A stretch of 37,626 nt of DNA from an uncultured Dehalococcoidaceae bacterium. GTDB lineage: Bacteria; Chloroflexota; Dehalococcoidia; Dehalococcoidales; RBG-16-60-22. This document shows positions 9,129 to 16,747 of the stretch, piece by piece; position 1 is the first letter of the stretch; each line of letters begins with the position of its first letter. Both the position numbers and the translations under genes were made by a program. The stretch covers positions 1-37,626 of the forward strand of contig CAYWAU010000002.1 in assembly GCA_964456395.1 (NCBI GenBank). The letters run 5' to 3'. The notes below the pieces were generated by a model. It saw only the letters and a list, made by a program, of their open reading frames with translations, was not told the DNA's origin and searched no databases.

Positions 9129-10085
9129 ATGCGTGTACTGGTAACGGGCGGAGCCGGTCGGATTGGGATTGATGTCTGTAAAACATTTTTGCAAAATGGG
9201 TTTGAGGTGCGAGTATTTGCCCACGATACTCCCCGCACGCGGAAAAGAATCAAAAAACTTGGTGGAAAAATGGAAATAGCCTGGGGAGACCTAACGCAAC
9301 TTGATTCGCTTCGCCAAGCTATGGAAGGAGTCGACGCCGTCGCTCACACGGCTGCTATGTTGCCACCGGCATGTAATGCGAACCCCGAGCTTACCAGGAG
9401 AGTAAATGTCGGCGGCACCAGGAATATAGCTGACCTGATAAAAGAAAAAGGCGGCCGCATTCCTTTTGTTTATACCTCTACAGAGGCAGTGTATGGCATT
9501 ATTTCTGAAGCTACCGAACCTACCAGCGCTGAAAAAGACGCTACTAATCCCAAGGGGATATATCCCGAGACGAAGCTGGAGGGCGAATATCAGATAAAAG
9601 AGGCCGGGGTCGACTGTGTTATCTTGCGCTTGACCACCGGCTGGCAGCTCACTCTTGCCAAACAGGACAGGCAACAGATGTTCAGGATTCCGCTGGATAA
9701 CCGGGTTGAAATCTGCTGTCGAGAGGATGGAGCTCAGGCGATATTAAGCGCTGTCAAGAACTTTGATGCCGTGAAGGGGAATACCCTGATGATAAGCACT
9801 GGGGCCAACGGCCGGATGCTGCACAGGGACCGGATTCGCGGCTTTTTGAAATCAATGGGGCTGCCCATGCCGCCGGCGAGCAAATTCGGTACGGGGCCGA
9901 CCTCTTACAACTGGTTCGATACCAGCAAGGCCGAAGAGCTTCTTCCCTTTAAGCGGGCGACTTTTGATGATTTTCTTAAGGTCTATCGCAGAGACATGGC
10001 CGATAAATATTCTCCGCTTTTCCTGCCGCTCATGCGCTACTTCATCGGGCCTATATTCGGTAGGCTGATTATCCGGTTCTTTTAG
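9129..10085 (+). CDS. NAD(P)-dependent epimerase/dehydratase (extended SDR)
   Basis: MRVLVTGGAGRIG is a Rossmann GxxGxxG motif. YPETK is a YxxxK catalytic motif. A strong RBS AAGGAGG lies 5 nt upstream. Confidence 0.8.
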   Translation: MRVLVTGGAGRIGIDVCKTFLQNGFEVRVFAHDTPRTRKRIKKLGGKMEIAWGDLTQLDSLRQAMEGVDAVAHTAAMLPPACNANPELTRRVNVGGTRNIADLIKEKGGRIPFVYTSTEAVYGIISEATEPTSAEKDATNPKGIYPETKLEGEYQIKEAGVDCVILRLTTGWQLTLAKQDRQQMFRIPLDNRVEICCREDGAQAILSAVKNFDAVKGNTLMISTGANGRMLHRDRIRGFLKSMGLPMPPASKFGTGPTSYNWFDTSKAEELLPFKRATFDDFLKVYRRDMADKYSPLFLPLMRYFIGPIFGRLIIRFF

Positions 10086-10147
10086 TTGCTGTTGACCTGT
10101 CTTGGTAGGGCCGCCATAGATTGAAGCCGCGAAGGAGGGAATAAAGT

Positions 10148-11599
10148 ATGTGGAATAAGGAAGCTGATGTAGTAGTGGTTGGTTACGGAGGTGCCGGAGC
10201 CGCGGCGGCTATCGCCGCTCATGATGCCGGAGCTAAAGTAATTATACTGGAGAAGAATCCTGAAGGAGGCGGCAATACCCAGTACTCCGGTGGCACTATA
10301 CGAGAGTATCTTGATGTTGAGAAAGCATCAGCTTATATTGAGAAAATTACCTACGGGACTGTAGAGACGGATATGATCAGGTTTTTTGTCGAAGAATGCG
10401 TGAAAAACCCTGACTGGATGAAAGAGCTGGGAGCCGATATCGAACGTGCCGAGAGTTTCGGCTTCCCGGATGCACCCGATGTTGTCTTTCCCCATCTGCC
10501 CGGTGCCGATGGGGTGGGTGGCCGATTTCACGTAAAAAATGAAACCGGCGGCGGGTTCGGGGGCAGCATATGGAGTACCCTGTGCCGAAATGTTGAGCAA
10601 AGAAATATTGAAATCCTTTTTAACACCTCGGCCAAACATCTCGTAAGGAATGAAAACAAGGAAATCATCGGTGTGGTAGCTGATGGACCAGATGGAGAAA
10701 TCCAGGTCAAAGCCAGAAGAGCCGTTATCCTTGCGTGCGGAGGTTTTGAGTTCAACTATGAAATGCAGGACCAGTATCTGGCCTTCAGGTATGACGCCTT
10801 GGGCAATCCGGGCAATACGGGAGACGGAATCAAGATGGCTCAGGAAGTAGGGGCGGACCTCTGGCACATGACGGGACTTTCCTGCACCATCGGATATAAA
10901 ATTCCCGAAATCGAAGCTCCCGTCGGTCAGAGGATGCAGGTAGGTGGCTACATCTACGTCGACCAGCAGGGCAGCAGATTTGTGGATGAAACGGGCACAG
11001 ATTCCCACGCTTTTAACCTGTCATTCTGTTATTTAGATTTCAAGAGCTTAACATATCCCAGGTATCCCTCGTACACAATCTTTGATGAAGATACCCGCCG
11101 TGCCGGACCAATCGCCACCGGCAGTTCAATGCTTATGGGTCGGTGGACGGACTTCTATACCTGGAGCGATGACAATCTGGCCGAGATTGAAAGGGGATGG
11201 ATTAAAAAGGGGGATACTATAGCTGACCTGTCCCGTGAGATAGGAATCAGACCTGAAGCACTTCAGGAGACAATATCTCAATACAATATCTATTGTATTG
11301 GGGGATACGACCCTGAGTTTGGCAGACGCCCGGACCATCTGATACCTATCATCAGGCCTCCTTTCTACGCTATTGACATATGGCCGTGTTTGTTTAATAC
11401 CCAGGGAGGACCGCAGCGGAATGCCGGTGCACAGGTGCTGGATGTTCATGGAGAACCCATCCGACGATTGTACAGTGCTGGCGAACTGGGTTCTATCTGG
11501 GGTATAATATACCCTGGCGCTGGGAATGTGAGTGAATGCCTGGCTTCCGGGCGTATTGCCGGAAGGAACGCGGTGGCTGAGGAGTCGTGGGAAAAATAA
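10148..11599 (+). CDS. FAD_binding_2-family flavoprotein oxidoreductase (fumarate reductase / KstD / TcuA-like)
   Basis: The N-terminal dinucleotide fold is DVVVVGYGGAGAAAAIAAHDAGAKVIILEK. The C-terminal motif is LYSAGELGSIWG...GRIAGRNA. A GGAGG RBS is present. There is no FeS or cytochrome partner nearby, but etfBA follows downstream. Confidence 0.8.
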   Translation: MWNKEADVVVVGYGGAGAAAAIAAHDAGAKVIILEKNPEGGGNTQYSGGTIREYLDVEKASAYIEKITYGTVETDMIRFFVEECVKNPDWMKELGADIERAESFGFPDAPDVVFPHLPGADGVGGRFHVKNETGGGFGGSIWSTLCRNVEQRNIEILFNTSAKHLVRNENKEIIGVVADGPDGEIQVKARRAVILACGGFEFNYEMQDQYLAFRYDALGNPGNTGDGIKMAQEVGADLWHMTGLSCTIGYKIPEIEAPVGQRMQVGGYIYVDQQGSRFVDETGTDSHAFNLSFCYLDFKSLTYPRYPSYTIFDEDTRRAGPIATGSSMLMGRWTDFYTWSDDNLAEIERGWIKKGDTIADLSREIGIRPEALQETISQYNIYCIGGYDPEFGRRPDHLIPIIRPPFYAIDIWPCLFNTQGGPQRNAGAQVLDVHGEPIRRLYSAGELGSIWGIIYPGAGNVSECLASGRIAGRNAVAEESWEK

Positions 11600-11828
11600 C
11601 AAAGTACGTGTAAAGTCCGAATACATAATAGTTAACAATAAGACTTGCTAAAGCAGAATTCAAAAACCGATTATGAGCCAGACCAGATGCTCTATATCTT
11701 GCCACAGACCGATGATTAGTATGGTGGTCGTTGTTAGCCGTTGACGTCAAAAATCATCTATTTCGTATGAAAAACGGTATTTCCCAAGCACAGTAATATA
11801 TTGTTTCGGAAAGCCACAGGTGTGAGTT

Positions 11829-12602
11829 ATGAATATCGTCGTATGTCTTAAGTCAGTACCCGGGATTATTACGGATGTGAGTATTGGTGAAACGGGGGAC
11901 CGACTTCAACCGAAAGCCCGCTCGTATTATATGAATGAAACTGACGAGTATGCTCTTGATGAAGCCCTCGTCCTGAGGAAGGAAATCGGTGGAGATGTCA
12001 CCGCAATTACAGCCGGTCCCTTATCATCAGAAGCAATGTTACAGGAGGCGCTTGCCAAAGGGGCCGATAAAGCCATCAGGATTGACATGTCTTCTGATGA
12101 CCCGGCAACGACTTCACTGGTTTTAGCTGAGGCGATACGCCGCATGGATTTCGACCTTATCCTCACTGGCATGGAGTCCAGCGATAACCTGTCAGCGCAG
12201 GTCGGTATAGCTACGGCGGAAAGGCTGGGTATCCCGTTTCTATTTGCGGCTACCAGGATTGAAATTATGCCGGCAGAAAAGGTTGCCAGCGTGACGAGGG
12301 AAAGCGGCGGTGGCATCCAGGAGGTACTGGAGGTGCGTTTACCTGCCTTGATATCTACACAGACTGGTATTCAGCCTCTCACCTATGCGCCTGTCGCCAA
12401 GCTATTTCAGGCTCGGCGGCAGGGGATAGATAGCATTTCTCCATCCAATTTGGGGATGGATAAAGAGTCTCTGCACGAAAAAATAAAGTGGCAGTTTATT
12501 GAAGTGACCAAACCGCAAAGGAGACACACTACTGAACCTATGAGCGGAACGCCAAAGGAAATTGCATTGGAACTCATAGCTAAAATCAGGGAAGCATTGT
12601 AA
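11829..12602 (+). CDS. etfB: Electron transfer flavoprotein beta subunit
   Basis: MNIVVCLKSVP...MNETDEYALDEALVLRKE...DLILTG..S.D is the classic EtfB pattern. It is immediately followed by etfA. Confidence 0.88.
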   Translation: MNIVVCLKSVPGIITDVSIGETGDRLQPKARSYYMNETDEYALDEALVLRKEIGGDVTAITAGPLSSEAMLQEALAKGADKAIRIDMSSDDPATTSLVLAEAIRRMDFDLILTGMESSDNLSAQVGIATAERLGIPFLFAATRIEIMPAEKVASVTRESGGGIQEVLEVRLPALISTQTGIQPLTYAPVAKLFQARRQGIDSISPSNLGMDKESLHEKIKWQFIEVTKPQRRHTTEPMSGTPKEIALELIAKIREAL

Positions 12603-12619
12603 TCAATATTGTAAGCAAT

Positions 12620-13609
12620 ATGGGGAATATGAAGTTGAATGGTATCTTGGTACTGGTAGAACATCGTGACAATGAGGTTGAGTCTATCACCTGGCAGTTG
12701 TTGAACAAGGGCCGGCAGCTTGCCGACCAGCTGGGGGTTGAACTTGGTGCCCTCGTACTTGGCCATGACATTGGCACAATAGCTGATAGTATAAATGGCA
12801 AAGGCGTTGATAAAGTTATAACGGCTGATAGCCCTGAACTGACTCCGTATAATCCGGAGATTTTCACGAAGGTACTTACCGACTTCGTGCGTGATACTAA
12901 TCCTAAGTTGATTCTGCTGGGTTATACCTTTCTGGGTATGGAGATAGGCCCGGCGATGGCAACGAGATTGGGGATTCCTCTGGTAAGTAATTGTATAGAC
13001 ATTGAATTGTCACCCGAAAGATTACCGACTATAACGCGTCCGATGTACGGTGAAACGGTGCATATAAGAATGGAGGGGTCTTTACCACTCATCGTCAGTG
13101 TTCAAAAGGGCATGACCTCCAGCAAGGTGCCTTCCACAGGACAGGCGAAGCTTAACCCAATTGATGTGATAGTGAATCTGGATTCGCTTCGTACCAGGGT
13201 TGTGGATATAATAAGACCAAGTGTTGGTGAAATTGACTTCAAGAAAGCCGATGTGATAGTGGCGGTGGGGCGTGGTATCGGCCAGGCGAGTAATATCGAA
13301 CTTGCCAGGAAATTAGCCAAAGCGCTGGGCGGTGTCATTGCCGGCAGTCGTCCGGTCATTGATATGGGCTGGCTGCCGCCGGAATACCAGATAGGCCTCT
13401 CCGGGCATACTGTCAGCCCTAAGGTGTATATTGCCTGCGGCATTTCTGGGGCAGCCCAGCATGTGGCCGGCATGGTCGACTCTCAGATGATTATCGCTAT
13501 TAATAGAGACCCGAATGCACCCATATTTAATGCGGCACACTACGCCGTAGTCGGGGACTTATTTGAGGTAGTGCCCGCCCTGATTGAAGCGTCCGGGAAA
13601 CAAGCGTGA
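12620..13609 (+). CDS. etfA: Electron transfer flavoprotein alpha subunit
   Basis: 329 aa with the C-terminal FAD-binding signature VAVGRGIG...LAKALGGVIAGSRPVID.GW......IGLSG..V.PKVYIACGISGAAQH..GM. The start could instead be the ATG at 12629. Confidence 0.88.
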   Translation: MGNMKLNGILVLVEHRDNEVESITWQLLNKGRQLADQLGVELGALVLGHDIGTIADSINGKGVDKVITADSPELTPYNPEIFTKVLTDFVRDTNPKLILLGYTFLGMEIGPAMATRLGIPLVSNCIDIELSPERLPTITRPMYGETVHIRMEGSLPLIVSVQKGMTSSKVPSTGQAKLNPIDVIVNLDSLRTRVVDIIRPSVGEIDFKKADVIVAVGRGIGQASNIELARKLAKALGGVIAGSRPVIDMGWLPPEYQIGLSGHTVSPKVYIACGISGAAQHVAGMVDSQMIIAINRDPNAPIFNAAHYAVVGDLFEVVPALIEASGKQA

Positions 13610-13645
13610 TGCGTTGTATGGCCAGACTCAATATTAGAAAATGGT

Positions 13646-13654
13646 TGCTATAAT
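13646..13654 (+). promoter_or_regulatory. Candidate extended -10 promoter element (TGCTATAAT)
   Basis: A perfect TGnTATAAT lies about 95 nt upstream of the cupin gene start, in an AT-rich spacer after etfA. This is a motif match only. Confidence 0.3.
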
Positions 13655-13749
13655 CTATTTATATATTATAGTATGTGTGTGACAAATCAACCTGACCCCC
13701 GAGTAGAAACCGGGTCTGCCTTAATAAAATATAAAAGGAGATAGGAGAA

Positions 13750-14208
13750 ATGGCTGAAAGAAAATACAGTAAATATGTTATCAAGAGTCCTACGGCGCCG
13801 AGCAAGCGCCATCCGCACCTACCACTGCACGTGCACCTCAGGAAGGAAACGATGCCCTGGGATGACCGTGACGACATCAAGTTTGGATTTTCAATGCACT
13901 GTATCCAAGCACCACTGCTCATGCTCACGGAGCCTCACGTGCATAATGATTTCCCCCAGTTCCTGTTTTTCCTTTCGGGTAATCCGAAGGATCCGGACGA
14001 GTTTGATGCTGAGATTGAGTTCTATCTCGGCAAGGATGAGGATCAGGAGAAATATGTCATCACCGAGCCTACCGTTATTCGCGTTCCCCCAGGGGTATAT
14101 CACGGCCCCCTGAACTGGAAGAGAATCGGTAAGCCGGTGCAGTTTATTGATATCTCCTTGGCGCCGGATTATTCGAGGGTCGAATTATCCGAAGAAAAAA
14201 AAGGCTAA
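13750..14208 (+). CDS. Small cupin-fold protein, function unknown
   Basis: 152 aa. EPHVHNDFPQFLFFLSG resembles cupin motif 1 (HxH). PPGVYHGPLN is an exact fit to cupin motif 2, PxGxxHxxxN. An AAGGAG RBS is present. Confidence 0.6.
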   Translation: MAERKYSKYVIKSPTAPSKRHPHLPLHVHLRKETMPWDDRDDIKFGFSMHCIQAPLLMLTEPHVHNDFPQFLFFLSGNPKDPDEFDAEIEFYLGKDEDQEKYVITEPTVIRVPPGVYHGPLNWKRIGKPVQFIDISLAPDYSRVELSEEKKG

Positions 14209-14293
14209 TCTCAGGTTAGCTGATGCCGGGAAGTGGCGTGCCATAATCATCGGGACTCTTATACCGGAGCGCTGGAGAATCCTTCTGAAAACG

Positions 14294-14758
14294 TTAGAGA
14301 ACTTGTTGTCGGCTGCGTCTCAGCTTCGCCCGAATGCGGGCTATAAGAGACCTTGTGCTGATAGGCTTGCTGATATAGTCGTCGGCACCGAGGAGCAGTG
14401 CCTTCCGTAGTGATTCTACTTCATGCTTTGCGGTGAGCATGATAACGGGAACATTAGAATGCTCTCGTATAAGGTCAAGAGTCTGAAAACCGTCAAGCCC
14501 CGGCATTATTATGTCCAGGATGACCAGGTCCGGCTCAATTTCCTCCAGTAGCGTCAGCGCTGAGTCGCCATCAGCGACGACCACAGTATCAAAGCCTTCC
14601 AGCTCAAGGGTGCGGTTAAGCAATTTCAGCATCTCCCGGTCATCATCTACCACCATAATGCGTTGTTGTTCATTCATTGCTGACAAAGCTCCCTTAGCTT
14701 GGTTCTGTGAGTTGTCGTTTTTCAGTTTTGCGAATTTCTGGGTGGCACTATCTCCCAC
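14294..14758 (-). CDS. Stand-alone response-regulator receiver (REC) protein, OmpR-type REC without a wHTH output
   Basis: IMVVDDD...DLVILDIIMPGLDG...VIMLTAK...GADDYISKP ends in RIRAKLRR, where OmpR-family linkers begin. The probable true start is the internal ATG at 14677 (MNEQQRIMVVDDD). Confidence 0.8.
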   Translation of the reverse strand: MGDSATQKFAKLKNDNSQNQAKGALSAMNEQQRIMVVDDDREMLKLLNRTLELEGFDTVVVADGDSALTLLEEIEPDLVILDIIMPGLDGFQTLDLIREHSNVPVIMLTAKHEVESLRKALLLGADDYISKPISTRSLIARIRAKLRRSRQQVL

Positions 14759-15243
14759 ATTGGTACAAGAGCTGACTTACCTCTGACGCTGATGAAACCT
14801 CTGGCTCCTCCTGTTTTACGGGGAAGATGGATATCACACGCCGTCGGCATGTCCTTTTGCACAGTAAACCCGCCTTCTGGGTTGCGGTGGTGCGACTGGC
14901 GAAACACTCTCATATCTTCGAGATGCTGCCGGAAGGATTTGGCGTCATTCCATACCAGTGCCGTTATCATCTTCTCTACCTCATACTGTTAACATTACTC
15001 AAGACAACTCACAAAAACGTCAAAAAGGGGTTTTCAAGCCTCTCAAAAATATCACGGTTAGCCGCTGTTGCTATCAATGCCTTTAGTTTTGCCAGTTTCT
15101 GGGCAGTAATACCGTTCCGCGTTCGTGGACAAGTCTCAGTACGTAACCAATTCTCAGCAGTGTTAACAGGAATTTTTGATATTCTGGTGCCGTCCCCATC
15201 TTCATCAAGCCCCCTATTATTTGTGTTGGCTGGATGAGCGCAT

Positions 15244-15783
15244 CTATACCGGCTCTACGATAAGATAGAATCGTGGCGAAAGGTTGCCTCCATTGGTATG
15301 GCTGGTCAGGCAGTAGAAACTACCGGAATCAACCGTAACTTTATATCTGGTATAGCCGGTCAGCATGAGACTCACCGGGCTGTTGCGCAGCGTGATGTAT
15401 GTATTCGGGACTGGTTCACCGTTTCGCAATAATGCTTTCCTCCATTGGCCATCGCTGCCCTCAAAATAGACGCCTACTTCCAGAATGAGGTATCTCAGGT
15501 AAGGGGTGAGCTCAGGTGCATTGGTTAAATAAAGACTGACGCTCATATCACGGGCATTGTCGGTGGCATCAATGTAGAACAGGTCACTAGGTGTGACGCC
15601 GCCTATGGCTTTTCCGAATACTGTCGCGCTGGGTGCCTTCGGTGGGTCGGCAGCTTCTATATGAATTGTCTTATTTCCGGTGCCGTTGCTGGTACCGTAG
15701 GCATATGATGTGAGCCAGGGTGTAAGCAGCAATAAGGCAGAAACGAGTAAGATGAGTCTGATGATTCTCAACAATGGTGACAC
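15244..15783 (-). CDS. Small secreted beta-rich protein, unknown family
   Basis: The N-terminus LLRIIRLILLVSALLLLTPWLTSYA|YG is signal-peptide-like. The mature part is rich in alternating polar/hydrophobic residues and has no family motif I recognise. The ORF-track start is a GTG directly abutting the GGAGG. A TTG at 15774 has better spacing (9 nt). Confidence 0.55.
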   Translation of the reverse strand: MSPLLRIIRLILLVSALLLLTPWLTSYAYGTSNGTGNKTIHIEAADPPKAPSATVFGKAIGGVTPSDLFYIDATDNARDMSVSLYLTNAPELTPYLRYLILEVGVYFEGSDGQWRKALLRNGEPVPNTYITLRNSPVSLMLTGYTRYKVTVDSGSFYCLTSHTNGGNLSPRFYLIVEPV

Positions 15784-15818
15784 CCTCCGTATGCAGTAAC
15801 TAAAGTCTACGGAGGGTG
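15781..15818 (-). promoter_or_regulatory. RBS/start-codon-sequestering stem-loop in the 5' leader of the secreted-protein gene
   Basis: An 11-bp perfect inverted repeat, CACCCTCCGTA (15781-15791) / TACGGAGGGTG (15808-15818), has a 16-nt loop. In the minus-strand mRNA the 3' arm contains the GGAGG Shine-Dalgarno and the GTG, paired to an upstream CCUCC. Confidence 0.45.
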
Positions 15819-15905
15819 ACTCACGTTGGCGTCACAATGAATGTCTGAATCCTCACAGAAAAATCAAAAGTGTGCATCATCTTAAGTAGTCTGGGGGAGC
15901 CAAGG

Positions 15906-15937
15906 CAGGGAGCCTCCTGATTTCAGGAGGCTCCCTG
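15906..15937 (-). terminator. Strong hairpin downstream of the OmpR-type regulator gene
   Basis: A perfect 15-bp inverted repeat, CAGGGAGCCTCCTGA / TCAGGAGGCTCCCTG, lies 40 nt after the stop at 15977. No clear U-tract follows on either strand, so terminator function is inferred from position alone. Confidence 0.45.
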
Positions 15938-15976
15938 AGTGCTGTTGCCTGTCTTCACGTGACAAGTGTTATATTA

Positions 15977-16675
15977 TCAGGCTGGCTTTGACATTATATA
16001 GCCTATGCCGGGCCTGGTCAGGATATAGGATGGGTTCTTGGCGTCATCTCCCAGCTTCTTCCTGAGCCGGGCTATATTTACTTGAAGGAGGTGTGGTGCG
16101 CCGACATATTCCTCACCCCATACCTTATCCAGTAACTGGTCAGGCGTTACCACCCGGCCAGCATTGTACGAAATGTAAGACAACAGTCTGTACTCCGTGG
16201 AGGTCAAATTTAGCTCCTGATTGCTGACCATGACCCTGTGTGAAGTGAAGTCTATCACCAGGTCTTTATAACGGAATACGGACCTCGTAGGATTATCTTG
16301 AGTTCTGAAGCGGCGTAGCATCGCCCTAACTCGCGCCGCCAGCTCACTGGCGGAGAATGGTTTGGTTACATAGTCGTCGGCACCAATATCTAGTCCCTCA
16401 ACCTTTTCCTTGTCGTCGCCCCTGGCCGTAACCATTATGATAGGTACCTGTGAGAACTCGCGGATGTGCTGACACACCGTATATCCATCCATATCCGGCA
16501 TCATAATGTCGAGCAGTACTATGTCTGGGGTTTCCTTCTCGAATGTTTTTAGGGACGCTTCGCCACTGCTGGCTACGCTCACCTGGAAGCCCTCCAGTTC
16601 CAGCATGCGCCTTATCATACGTAGCATCCGAACGTCATCATCAACTACCAGAACCAATGCTTTCTTTGAGGACAT
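15977..16675 (-). CDS. OmpR/PhoB-family DNA-binding response regulator
   Basis: The REC domain reads LVLVVDDD...DIVLLDIMMPDMDG...IIMVTAR...GADDYVTKP. The winged-helix output reads LTSTEYRLLSYISYNAGRVVTPDQLLDKVWG...NIARLRKKL. The start is set at the ATG at 16675 (MSSKKALVL). Confidence 0.9.
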   Translation of the reverse strand: MSSKKALVLVVDDDVRMLRMIRRMLELEGFQVSVASSGEASLKTFEKETPDIVLLDIMMPDMDGYTVCQHIREFSQVPIIMVTARGDDKEKVEGLDIGADDYVTKPFSASELAARVRAMLRRFRTQDNPTRSVFRYKDLVIDFTSHRVMVSNQELNLTSTEYRLLSYISYNAGRVVTPDQLLDKVWGEEYVGAPHLLQVNIARLRKKLGDDAKNPSYILTRPGIGYIMSKPA

Positions 16676-16747
16676 GCTAGCACCTCTCTTTCTGGTGAAG
16701 GACATCATACTCAGCAACGAGCGCGGTCTTTGGCTGGTTCCCTTTCT

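Noticed and set aside
8975-9172. 65-aa ORF in the PrpD/SDR divergent spacer
   Set aside because: It runs across the strong AAGGAGG RBS and the start of the SDR gene in another frame. It has no RBS of its own and no motif.
10328-11008. 226-aa antisense ORF inside the flavoprotein gene, with similar antisense or out-of-frame ORFs at 372-737, 1204-1716, 3572-4027, 8328-8702, 11126-11638, 11927-12316, 13102-13473, 16797-17324, 17787-18317, 19632-20036, 23160-23564, 26656-27093, 28288-28776 and 29146-29523
   Set aside because: All are fully embedded in longer ORFs that carry clear family motifs. Their translations are low-complexity, or Arg/Ser/Pro-rich, as expected for the wrong frame. None has an RBS or a recognisable motif.
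14925-14937. GCTGCCGGAAGGA resembling the SRP-RNA domain IV GGAA tetraloop region
   Set aside because: The flanking sequence does not form the conserved symmetric/asymmetric loops or the long helix 5/8 pairing of 4.5S/SRP RNA. This is an isolated short similarity only.
14722-15237. ORFs 14722-14970 (-, 82 aa) and 14827-15237 (+, 136 aa) as real genes
   Set aside because: They overlap each other on opposite strands, lack Shine-Dalgarno sequences and have no recognisable motifs. I treat the region as non-coding or decayed (see the finding) rather than calling CDSs.
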